Below, one piece after another: positions 1-11,092 of a stretch of DNA of 64,000 nucleotides; the stretch's first letter is position 1; the number at the start of each line of letters is the position of its first letter. A program made the translations under genes and the position numbers. This DNA is from the human T2T-CHM13v2.0 reference genome, Homo sapiens. A model generated the notes under the pieces. The model was not told the origin of the DNA. It did no database searches and saw only the letters and a program-made list of their open reading frames with translations. The DNA is taken from assembly GCF_009914755.1 (NCBI RefSeq), contig NC_060926.1, one strand, 5' to 3'.

Positions 1-1586
1 CAGGGAGGCCAGGCCTGGTGGGGACGGGGTGCCCCAGGCCACTGCTGGGGAGGAGTGATGCCCAGCAGAGGGGGCACGGTGGAGTTCATGGCTGGCCTGG
101 TGGTGGGGGGGGTGGGGGAGCTCTGCAGGGCCCTGGCTCTGGTGGGCTGGGTAGGCCTGCTTGGGGCACCATCTGATCTGCCAGAGGTGGAAGGAGCACT
201 CCTGGGAGATGCCGTGCCCTGCACCTCCAGTCCCTGCTTGACGGCGGCCGGGCTTGGACTGATCAGGTGCCGTGCCTTCTGCTGACCCCAGAGGCCAGAC
301 CCTGTGGCCAGAGTGAGGGATGGGAGTTGAGATCGGGCGGATGAAAACCCAAATCTGAGCCTCCTGCCCGAGGATGAGGCCCCTCTCCAATGAACATCAT
401 GGCCCATGGAGACTGGGCAGGGAACCCAAGGGCGCACACTGGGGACTGGGCCTGGAGGGACAGCCGGGGAAGCAGGAGGAAGGGCAGGAAGGACAGCAGG
501 AGGAAGCAGGAAGAAAGGGACAGGAACCAGGCCCGGGATGACAGCAGAGAAGGACCAATGCCCAGCCAGGGCTTCCTCACGTGCCTCTGGGTAGAGAGCC
601 CTGGTCTGGCTCAGGAGGCCCAGGCACTGGTCTCAGACCTGCCACCACCTGTGTGACGCTGGGCCAAGCGCTTCCCTTCCCTGGGCGTCCGTTTCCACCG
701 CTGTAAAGTGGGGAGGGGTGAAACTGAAGCTCTCCCCAGCCTATCCCAGCCGTTGAGGAGGGAGAGGCTGTGGTCAGGGGCTGTGGGGCCCATGTTGAGG
801 AGACGAGGCTCCTGCCCTCAGGGTGGACAGGGCCCAGGAAGGGGGTGCTCTGCACCATGGGGGCGCAGCCTGGGCCTACGGGCTCCCCCACCATGAGCTC
901 AGAAGGAAGATGTCCGCTGAGGAGTTGGGGGCCAGGGAGAATATTCTAGACCAGATAGGGGTGGTCTGGGTAGGCTTCTGAGGGGGTGGGCTTGGAGGAG
1001 GGGCCGGTGGCCAAGTCGGGGGGAAGCAGGGGAGGAGCCAGCCTGCCTGCGTGTGCCTCTCACCTGTGTGCATTGGCGTGTGCATGTGTGTGTGCATGTG
1101 TGCCAGCGTGTGTGTGTGTATTGGAAGGCGCCCACGGAGCGTGTCTGCATGAACCAGGATGAGTGTGCGTGCTGCACCCTGTCTTGGGGCTGGGCATGAG
1201 GCGCTGGGGAGGGCGAGCTGACCGCAGACCCTGGGAGGGCTGGGCCCTGGGAAGGTTTCCGAGATGACAGGGCAGAAGTGGGCTGGGGAGGAGGAAGGCT
1301 CCGTGGGCGGGGCTGGAGCGTCTCTGGTTTTGCTGTCTGTCTCTCACGCTGTTTCCAGAACAAATGTGTGCCCTCAGCAAGGATGCTGGCTCTTCAGAGG
1401 TGTCAGCACAGGCAGCCGGCACCCCACTTCCCTCCCAGAAATCCCCCACGCCCTCTAGCTGGGGCTGGTGCAGGAGCAGTGGGGAACTCCTGTTACCCCT
1501 GACCTGCTGCCGTCAGTCAGCCGCCCGCCCCCCCACCTTAAGGAGGGGCAGAGTCAGGGACCAGCCCTGAGGGGTGGCTCACCCCA

Positions 1587-1686
1587 GCTTCACTTCCCCC
1601 AGCCCTTCTCAGACAGCCACTGTGCAGGCTTTGGCAGCGGGGGTCACACACTCCACCCGGGAGGCCAAAGCTGCCTGCAGGTCAGT
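1587..1686 (+). promoter_or_regulatory. GPR35: Candidate GPR35 proximal promoter / non-coding first-exon end with 5' splice donor
   Basis: Strong donor CTGCAG|GTCAGT at 1680/1681. A PU.1/IRF-like site (GGGGAAGTGAAG on the minus strand) lies at 1588-1599, with a GC-box-like ccgccc near 1521. Joining the donor to the acceptor at 8177/8178 would give ...CTGCAG-GACCATG. The exon assignment is inference. Confidence 0.5.
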
Positions 1687-1730
1687 GCCGCCCACTGCCC
1701 TAGGGGCCTCCCAGCGGGGCAGGGGCATGG

Positions 1731-4700
1731 TGGGGGTCTCAGAGTGGGGCGAGGCTGTGATGGGGGTCTCAGAGCAGGGTGAGGCTATGATGGGGTCTCA
1801 GAGTGGGGTGAGGCTGTGACGGGGGTTCTCAGAGCGAGGTGAGGCTGTGACGGGGTCTCAGAGCGGGGTGAGGCTGTGATGGGGGTCTCAGAGCAGGGTG
1901 AGGCTGTGATGGGGTCTCAGAGTGGGGTGAGGCTGTGATGGGTGTCTCAGAGTGGGGTGAGGCTGTGATGGGTGTCTCAGAGTGGGGTGAGGCTCTGATG
2001 GGGGTCTCAGAGTGGGGTGAGGCTCTGATGGGGTCTCAGAGTGGGGTGAGGCTGTGATGGGTTCTCAGAGCAGGGTGAGGCTGTGATGGGGTCTCAGAGT
2101 GGGGTGAGGCTGTGATGGGGTCTCAGAGTGGGGTGAGGCTGTGATGGGGGTCTCAGAGTGGGGTGAGGCTGTGACGGGGGTTCTCAGAGCGAGGTGAGGC
2201 TGTGACGGGGTCTCAGAGCGAGGTGAGGCTGTGATGGGGGTCTCAGAGTGGGGTGAAGCTCTGATGGGGTCTCAGAGCGGGGTGAGGCTGTGATGGGGTC
2301 TCAGAGTGGGGTGAGGCTGTGACGGGGGTTCTCAGAGCGAGGTGAGGCTGTGACGGGGTCTCAGAGCGAGGTGAGGCTGTGATGGGGGTCTCAGAGTGGG
2401 GTGAAGCTCTGATGGGGTCTCAGAGCGGGGTGAGGCTGTGATGGGGTCTCAGAGTGGGGTGAGGCTGTGACGGGGGTTCTCAGAGCGAGGTGAGGCTGTG
2501 ACGGGGTCTCAGAGCGAGGTGAGGCTGTGATGGGGGTCTCAGAGTGGGGTGAGGCTGTGATGGGGGTCTCAGAGCAGGGTGAGGCTGTGATGGGGTCTCA
2601 GAGTGGGGTGAGGCTGTGATGGGGGTCTCAGAGTGGGGTGAGGCTGTGATGGGGGTCTCAGAGTGGGGTGAAGCTCTGATGGGGTCTCAGAGTGGGGTGA
2701 GGCTGTGATGGGTTCTCAGAGCGGGGTGAGGCTATGATGGGGTCTCAGAGCGGGGTGAGGCTATGATGGGGTCTCAGAGCGGGGTGAGGCTCTGACGGGG
2801 TCTCAGAGCGGGGTGAGGCTGTGACGGGGTCTCAGAGTGGGGCGAGGCTGTGATGGGGTCTCAGAGTGGGGTGAGGCTGTGATGGGGTCTCAGAGTGGGG
2901 TGAGGCTCTGATGGGGTCTCAGAGTGGGGTGAGGCTGTGACGGGGGTTCTCAGAGCGAGGTGAGGCTGTGACGGGGTCTCAGAGTGGGGTGAGGCTGTGA
3001 TGGGTGTCTCAGAGTGGGGTGAGGCTGTGATGGGGGTCTCAGAGCGGGGTGAAGCTCTGATGGGGTCTCAGAGCGGGGTGAGGCTGTGACGGGGGTTCTC
3101 AGAGCGAGGTGAGGCTGTGACGGGGTCTCAGAGCGAGGTGAGGCTGTGATGAGGGTCTCAGAGTGGGGTGAGGCTGTGATGGGGGTCTCAGAGCAGGGTG
3201 AGGCTGTGATGGGGTCTCAGAGTGGGGTGAGGCTGTGATGGGGGTCTCAGAGTGGGGTGAAGCTCTGATGGGGTCTCAGAGTGGGGTGAGGCTGTGATGG
3301 GTGTCTCAGAGTGGGGTGAGGCTGTGATGGGGGTCTCAGAGTGGGGTGAAGCTCTGATGGGGTCTCAGAGTGGGGTGAGGCTGTGATGGGTTCTCAGAGC
3401 GGGGTGAGGCTATGATGGGGTCTCAGAGTGGGGTGAGGCTGTGATGGGGGTCTCAGAGCGGGGTGAGGCTGTGACGGGGGTTCTCAGAGCGAGGTGAGGC
3501 TGTGACGGGTTCTCAGAGCGAGGTGAGGCTGTGATGGGGGTCTCAGAGTGGGGTGAGGCTGTGATGAGGGTCTCAGAGTGGGGTGAGGCTGTGATGGGGG
3601 TCTCAGAGCGGGGTGAGGCTGTGATGGGGGTCTCAGAGTGGGGTGAGGCTGTGATGGGGGTCTCAGAGTGGGGTGAGGCTGTGATGGGGGTCTCAGAGCG
3701 GGGTGAGTCTCTGACGGGGTCTCAGAGCGGGGCGAGGCTCTGACGGGGTCTCAGAGTGGGGCGAGGCTCTGACGGGGTCTCAGAGTGGGGCGAGGCTGTG
3801 ACGGGGTCTCAGAGTGGGGCGAGGCTGTGACGGGGTCTCAGAGTGGGGTGAGGCTCTGATGGGGTCTCAGAGTGGGGTGAGGCTGTGACGGGGTCTCAGA
3901 GTGGGGTGAGGCTGTGATGGGGGTCTCAGAGTGGGGTGAGGCTGTGATGGGGGTCTCAGAGTGGGGTGAGGCTGTGATGGGGGTCTCAGAGTGGGGTGAA
4001 GCTCTGATGGGGTCTCAGAGCGGGGCGAGGCTGTGAGGGGTTCTCAGAGCGGGGCGAGGCTGTGACGGGGTCTCAGAGCGGGGCGAGGCTGTGACGGGGT
4101 CTCAGAGCGGGGCGAGGCTCTGACGGGGTCTCAGAGCGGGGTGAGGCTCTGATGGGGTCTCAGAGCGGGGTGAGGCTCTGACGGGGTCTCAGAGCGGGGT
4201 GAGGCTGTGATGGGGGTCTCAGAGCGGGGTGAGGCTGTGATGGGGGTCTCAGAGTGGGGTGAGGCTGTGATGGGGGTCTCAGAGTGGGGTGAGGCTCTGA
4301 CGGGGTCTCAGAGCGGGGTGAGGCTGTGACGGGGTCTCAGAGCGGGGTGAGGCTGTGATGGGGGTCTCAGAGCGGGGTGAGGCTGTGATGGGGGTCTCAG
4401 AGCGGGGTGAGGCTGTGATGGGGTCTCAGAGCGGGGTGAGGCTGTGACGGGGTCTCAGAGTGGGGTGAGGCTGTGATGGGGGTCTCAGAGCGGGGTGAGG
4501 CTGTGATGGGGGTCTCAGAGCGGGGTGAGGCTGTGATGGGGTCTCAGAGCGGGGTGAGGCTGTGACGGGGTCTCAGAGTGGGGTGAGGCTGTGACGGGGT
4601 CTCAGAGTGGGGTGAGGCTCTGATGGGGTCTCAGAGTGGGGTGAGGCTGTGATGGGGTCTCAGAGTGGGGTGAGGCTGTGATGGGGAGTCTCAGTGAGGT

Positions 4701-4765
4701 GAGGCTGTGTTGGGGTCTCAGGTGGGCTGAGGCTGTTGGGGTCTCAGGGGTGGCTGAGGCTGATG
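1731..4765 (+). repeat. G-rich minisatellite (VNTR), 29-31 bp unit GGGG(G)TCTCAGAG(T/C)GGGGTGAGGCT(G/C)TGA(T/C), roughly 100 copies
   Basis: Directly visible tandem array of about 3 kb with interspersed variant units and degenerate 3' edge units (4680-4765). Confidence 0.97.
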
Positions 4766-5704
4766 AAGACTTGGAGCCTGTGTCTGGGTAGCAGCTTGTT
4801 GGAGTGTGGGATGTGACATTTAAAAACAAGAATAAAGAATACCCCGTGCTGTGGCCCCGAGGTGAGCAGCTACTTTGGTGAACTCGTGTCACTCACAGCC
4901 CCATCCTGGGTCCTGGGGTGTGGTGTGCTGTGTGGGGCCCAGGCCCAGTGGGGTCACAGGTACGGGGGACTCTGGTGCCTGGGCCACAGGGATCTGCACC
5001 TCACTGCGTGCCCCCACGTCTTCAGCAGTGGTTGGGGCCTGTGGTCTCAATCCCAGGCCAGCCAGGCACTCTGGGGTCTGGGCGGGTCCCGGGTCCAGAC
5101 AGGGGGAAGGGCTGGGGAGGGGCTCTGGTGTGGCTGGATCGCCCGTCTATGGCCAGGTTTCTCTCCTGGATCACTCAGTGCAGAATCAAAGGGCACTTTT
5201 CTGCTTTTGTGTGCAGAAGCCGAGGGTGACCTTGTCATCAGAAGGGGAAGCGGGGCCTCAGAGGCGTGCTGCTGGCTCCAATCCCCAAAGCCTCCTGGGC
5301 AGGAAGTGGAAGGGCCCCATCCCCACGGTCCCTGGCAGCGGGAGCTCCCTGAGGCTGATGGTGCTGGTGTCTGTCGAGGAAGACAGGCCTGAGGAGCTGA
5401 GGCGGGAGGCCAGCTACGGTCCACGGCCTGGACACAGATTCCTGTGCGGGACTGGGGCAGTAGGTGGGCATCTGTGCTGGCCATGTTAGCTCCCAGGGGC
5501 CCCATGCCATCTGGGCTAAAGCCTGGGCCTTGATTTCCTGAACTTTTCTGGGAGGCACTCCACGGGCGAGACAAGGACCCATGAACAGGGCACTTCTTCG
5601 AAGCCTACGTGCACCTCAAAACTCTTGCAACATTTGCATTTTTCTCCCTAATAGTTCAGTGTTTGTTTTATTATAAACAGGAAAATTTAAATATTGTAGT
5701 TAGA

Positions 5705-6003
<299 letters not shown>

Positions 6004-8181
6004 GCAGTTAAACATTCCCCCACAAAATACTGGGCCACACCGAGGCTAGTATGAAAGTTGCAGCCCTGGGTATGTGTGACCTGAGAGCCCCTTGGCAGCC
6101 ATGGGGAGCGATGGGGGAAGCTGGGGCAATGGGAAGGGGTCTAGGCACACGAGCCCTCGGGTCCTCACCTCCCACGAGGCAGGGTCCCAGGCTGCCTCTA
6201 CTCAAGGTGGGGCAGCAAAAGAATCGCCCTCTAGCTGTGCAGACCCCCTCCCCCTCCAGGTCTGCACACCGCCCAAGGCTGGCCCTGGACTTCTGGTGGA
6301 TTCAAGTACTCAGGTGGGGAGAGTAGGAGGCCAGTCGCACGGAGCCCTCCCCAACGCACAGTGCCTGCCCAGCTCAGGTGCCTCTGAGGTGTAGATTCTG
6401 AGCAGGTTCTGGGATCTCCTGGCCCCCAGCGGGGGCTGCCACAGGAGTATAGGCCCAACAGGAAGGGAAGATCCCAGCGATTGGTTCCAGTGGGTTCTGG
6501 GGATGTCCTCGGAGCCTGGCCTGGCTCAGGGTCCCTCCAAAAGTCCCTGGAACGAGGGTGAAGTGTTGCTCATGAATCAGAGAGAAAGCAAGCAGGACCC
6601 TCAAGAAGGGAGGAGAGAGACCATTGGGCGTGCAGCACTTTGCACTCGGGGGAAGGGCTCCTGAAACTTGGAAGTCAGCAAATATCTGCTGTACTTCACC
6701 AGAGGTGGGATCTAAGGAGACAGAATGAAGCCAGGGGGCAGAATGTTTCGTTTCTGTCTGAAACCTGTGCCCTGCATCCCTCATGGACTGGGGACCTGGA
6801 GTTCCCGGGGACCACCGTGGGGAAATGCGTCCCAGCACTAATGGTCCCCAGCAGCTGCAGTCACGGGGTTTGGGCGCTCTCCCCTCCTGATTTGGGGGAC
6901 CTTTTGTGCTCCTCTGGGCAGAGGGAGGAGGCAGAGGGAGGAGGAAGGCCCTTCGCTGTGGGCTGAGTCCTTCCCACCTTCCATACCAGCCCAGCAGGAA
7001 GCCACTGCAGGATGCCCCAGAGGACAGCCTGATGGTTGGGGGAGAGGCTTCTCCCGCCCTCACCCCTCCGGGTTCTTCCTGGACCCACTGAGTAACCCAG
7101 GTGGTGGGACGTGTGGCTGTGAGTCCTGGACTCTGGGCGCTCACCAGCAGCTCCGTCTCACACCTGCCTGCGTGTGACACCAGCACCCCTTATGATGAGG
7201 AAACAAGTTTGCCCAGCTGCAGGGGTGGCCGAGTCAGGATGACTCTAGCCCGTGTCCTGGACACCAGACCCTGCCCAGGTCCAGCCGGGGCTGGTCTCAG
7301 CCTTCCTGGGCTATGTCGCGGAGGGTGTTGGGGACAGCGAGAGGCTGGCGTGGACAGTGGAGGGGTGACTTTGTGGGTGGTCCTGATAGTGACGGAGAGG
7401 AGGATACTCAGCTCCACCCCTGGGCGGCCCCTGAGCAGCACGGCTGGGCCTGAAGGGGCAGGGCTGCCGTCACAGGCTCTGGCCCCTGGGAGCTCAAGGG
7501 GTGAATCCCTGATCCCAGGTGTGGGACTGGGATGGGGCCTCAGGCTGATGCAGGCAGGACCTCCAGAGCTCAGGACTGGGTGGGTGGGCTCACAGGGAGG
7601 TAGGGGCAGGCCAGAGTCCCAGCTGTCCTGGACTCTGCTGTGGGGAAGGGCTGATGCAGGTGTGGAGTCAAATGTGGGTGCCTCCTGCAGCCGGGTGCCA
7701 GGAGGGGTGGAGGGGCCACCCTGGGCTTTGTCCGGGAGCCTGGTCTTCCCGTCCTTGGGCTGACAGGTGCTGCTGCCTCTGAGCCCTCCCTGCTAAGAGC
7801 TGTGTGCTGGGTAAGGCTGGTGGCCCTTTGGGCTCCCTGTCCAGGATTTGCGCTCTGGAGGGTAGGGCTTGCTGGGCTGGGGACTGGAGGGGAACGTGGA
7901 GCTCCTTCTGCCTCCTTTCCTGCCCCATGACAGCAGGCAGATCCCAGGAGAGAAGAGCTCAGGAGATGGGAAGAGGATCTGTCCAGGGGTTAGACCTCAA
8001 GGGTGACTTGGAGTTCTTTACGGCACCCATGCTTTCTTTGAGGAGTTTTGTGTTTGTGGGTGTGGGGTCGGGGCTCACCTCCTCCCACATCCCTGCCCAG
8101 AGGTGGGCAGAGTGGGGGCAGTGCCTTGCTCCCCCTGCTCGCTCTCTGCTGACCTCCGGCTCCCTGTGCTGCCCCAGGACC

Positions 8182-9111
8182 ATGAATGGCACCTACAACA
8201 CCTGTGGCTCCAGCGACCTCACCTGGCCCCCAGCGATCAAGCTGGGCTTCTACGCCTACTTGGGCGTCCTGCTGGTGCTAGGCCTGCTGCTCAACAGCCT
8301 GGCGCTCTGGGTGTTCTGCTGCCGCATGCAGCAGTGGACGGAGACCCGCATCTACATGACCAACCTGGCGGTGGCCGACCTCTGCCTGCTGTGCACCTTG
8401 CCCTTCGTGCTGCACTCCCTGCGAGACACCTCAGACACGCCGCTGTGCCAGCTCTCCCAGGGCATCTACCTGACCAACAGGTACATGAGCATCAGCCTGG
8501 TCACGGCCATCGCCGTGGACCGCTATGTGGCCGTGCGGCACCCGCTGCGTGCCCGCGGGCTGCGGTCCCCCAGGCAGGCTGCGGCCGTGTGCGCGGTCCT
8601 CTGGGTGCTGGTCATCGGCTCCCTGGTGGCTCGCTGGCTCCTGGGGATTCAGGAGGGCGGTTTCTGCTTCAGGAGCACCCGGCACAATTTCAACTCCATG
8701 GCGTTCCCGCTGCTGGGATTCTACCTGCCCCTGGCCGTGGTGGTCTTCTGCTCCCTGAAGGTGGTGACTGCCCTGGCCCAGAGGCCACCCACCGACGTGG
8801 GGCAGGCAGAGGCCACCCGCAAGGCTGCCCGCATGGTCTGGGCCAACCTCCTGGTGTTCGTGGTCTGCTTCCTGCCCCTGCACGTGGGGCTGACAGTGCG
8901 CCTTGCAGTGGGCTGGAACGCCTGTGCCCTCCTGGAGATGATCCGTCGCGCCCTGTACATAACCAGCAAGCTCTCAGATGCCAACTGCTGCCTGGACGCC
9001 ATCTGCTACTACTACATGGCCAAGGAGTTCCAGGAGGCGTCTGCACTGGCCGTGGCTCCCCGTGCTAAGGCCCACAAAAGCCAGGACTCTCTGTGCGTGA
9101 CCCTCGCCTAA
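8182..9111 (+). CDS. GPR35: G protein-coupled receptor 35, short isoform (309 aa); rhodopsin-like GPCR, coding region in one exon
   Basis: ORF MNGTYNTCGSSDLTWPP...SQDSLCVTLA*. It has seven hydrophobic segments, class A motifs (NLAVADL, DRY, CFLP, DAICY), a Kozak-like ACCATG and a splice acceptor ccccag|GACCATG at 8177/8178. Confidence 0.98.
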   Translation: MNGTYNTCGSSDLTWPPAIKLGFYAYLGVLLVLGLLLNSLALWVFCCRMQQWTETRIYMTNLAVADLCLLCTLPFVLHSLRDTSDTPLCQLSQGIYLTNRYMSISLVTAIAVDRYVAVRHPLRARGLRSPRQAAAVCAVLWVLVIGSLVARWLLGIQEGGFCFRSTRHNFNSMAFPLLGFYLPLAVVVFCSLKVVTALAQRPPTDVGQAEATRKAARMVWANLLVFVVCFLPLHVGLTVRLAVGWNACALLEMIRRALYITSKLSDANCCLDAICYYYMAKEFQEASALAVAPRAKAHKSQDSLCVTLA

Positions 9112-9458
9112 GAGGCGTGCTGTGGGCGCTGTGGGCCAGGTCTCGGGGGCTCCGGGAGGTGCTGCCTGCCAGGGGAAGCTGGAACCAGTAGCAAGGAGCC
9201 CGGGATCAGCCCTGAACTCACTGTGTATTCTCTTGGAGCCTTGGGTGGGCAGGGACGGCCCAGGTACCTGCTCTCTTGGGAAGAGAGAGGGACAGGGACA
9301 AGGGCAAGAGGACTGAGGCCAGAGCAAGGCCAATGTCAGAGACCCCCGGGATGGGGCCTCACACTTGCCACCCCCAGAACCAGCTCACCTGGCCAGAGTG
9401 GGTTCCTGCTGGCCAGGGTGCAGCCTTGATGACACCTGCCGCTGCCCCTCGGGGCTGG

Positions 9459-9464
9459 AATAAA
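9459..9464 (+). terminator. GPR35: Polyadenylation signal AATAAA for GPR35
   Basis: AATAAA about 350 bp after the stop, followed by a GT-rich stretch (tctgtgtttc) near 9498. Confidence 0.65.
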
Positions 9465-10199
9465 ACTCCCCACCCAGAGTCAGTCCTAGTGGGGCCCTCT
9501 GTGTTTCGCACTCGTGTGGTGGGAGGCAGGGAGGGAGCGCGTGGCTCGGAGGGCTGGCGGACATCTTCCAGGGACCCTTCGGGGCTCTTCACTTTGAGGT
9601 CCCCCTTGGACCCTTTCACCCCTTCCCACCCCCACCCACCTGGAGCGTGAGCAGGGGCTGTTGGAAGCTCCTGGCAGGACCACAGTAGAGGCCCCCAGCC
9701 CAGGTTTCCTTGCTCAAGACAGGGCTGGGAGCAGCTGATCTCCATGTAGGGGCTGCACAGCGGTGCAAGGGGGGGTGACCAAGGTCAAACAGGTGAGGGT
9801 GGGTTGGGGTGGGTGGCAGTGAAGGGGGTGGCCAGGGTCTGTCAAGGAACCCAGCCCTCTTCTCCTTCCTTCAGGGAAAGGCTGGAAACCATGTCTGGCA
9901 GGGGCAGGGGTTGGGTGCCCACTCAGGTAAAGGCACGATGTCCTGCTGGTTTCTGCCTCTCCTGTACTCCTGCATGGAGGGCATCTCGAAACCCAAGCTG
10001 GAAGGACAGGGCACTCCAGAGACCTCCTGTGAGTGTGGGCCAGCACGGCCTGGGCTCAAACCCCATCCTGTCATCCCATATTGCATGTCCACAGGCACCG
10101 CCCCACCCTGTTCCATGTTCCACAGGACTGGAGAGAGATGGCAGTCATGTTCTGGCAGGGACATGGCACAAGCATGCGGCTGATGGCATCTCACAGGAC

Positions 10200-11092
10200 C
10201 CCAGGCTCCGGAGGGCCCATGCCCAGGAGAGCCCCATAAGGGCTCTGTGCCTAAAAGGGTGCATGCCCAGGTGGGCCCATGCCCAGGAAGGTCCATGTCT
10301 AGGGGGGTTCCGTGCCCAGGAAGGTCCATGCCCAGGATGGTCCATGAGCAGGAGGGCCTCATTCCCAGGAGGGTCCCGTGCCCAGGAGGGCTCTATGCCC
10401 AAAAGGGTCCCATGTCCGGGAGGGTCCATACGCAAGGGTGTCCATGCCTGGTTGGGGGGGGTCTATGTCCAGGAGGGTCCCATGCCTGGAAGGGTCCATG
10501 CTCAGGAGGGTTCATGCCCAGGAGAGTTTATGCCCTGGAGGGCCCCATGCCCGGGAGAGTCACGTGCACAGAGGGCCCTGTGCTCAGGAGGATACATGTC
10601 CAGGAGTGTCCCTGTCCAGGAGGCTCCATGCCCAGGAGGCTCCATGTCAAGAAAGATTCATGCCTAGGAGGGTTCATGCCCAGGAGTGTCCCTGCCTAGG
10701 AAGATCCATTACCAGAAGGGCCCATGTCAAGGAGCGTTCATGCCCAGGAAGGTCCAGCCCAGGAGGGTCCATGTCAAGGAGGTTCCATGCCCAGGAGGGT
10801 CCATGCTGAGGTGGGTCCATGCCCAGGAGGGTTCATGTCCAGAAAGGTCCATGCCTAGGAGGGCCCATACACAACAGAGCCCTGTGCCCAGGAAGGACCA
10901 TGTCAAGGAGAACCCCATGCCCATGAGGGTCCATGCCCAGTAAGGGCCATGCCCATGAGATCCTCATGCCCAGGAAGGCCCATGCCCAGGAGGGTCCATG
11001 CCCAGGCCAGTTCATGCACAGGAGGGCCCCATGCCTAAAAGTGTCCATGCCCAGGAAGGTCCATGTCCAGAAGAGTCCATACCCAGGAGGGC
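10200..11092 (+). repeat. Degenerate ~16-bp tandem repeat (CCATGCCCAGGAGGGT)n, left part
   Basis: Recurring ccatgcccaggagg units with heavy substitution; source of the many MPRR/CPGG pseudo-ORFs. Confidence 0.9.

Noticed and set aside
8103-9068. 321-aa overlapping ORF in an alternative frame of GPR35
   Set aside because: It has no ATG in frame, and an open shifted frame is expected from the very high GC3 of the real CDS.
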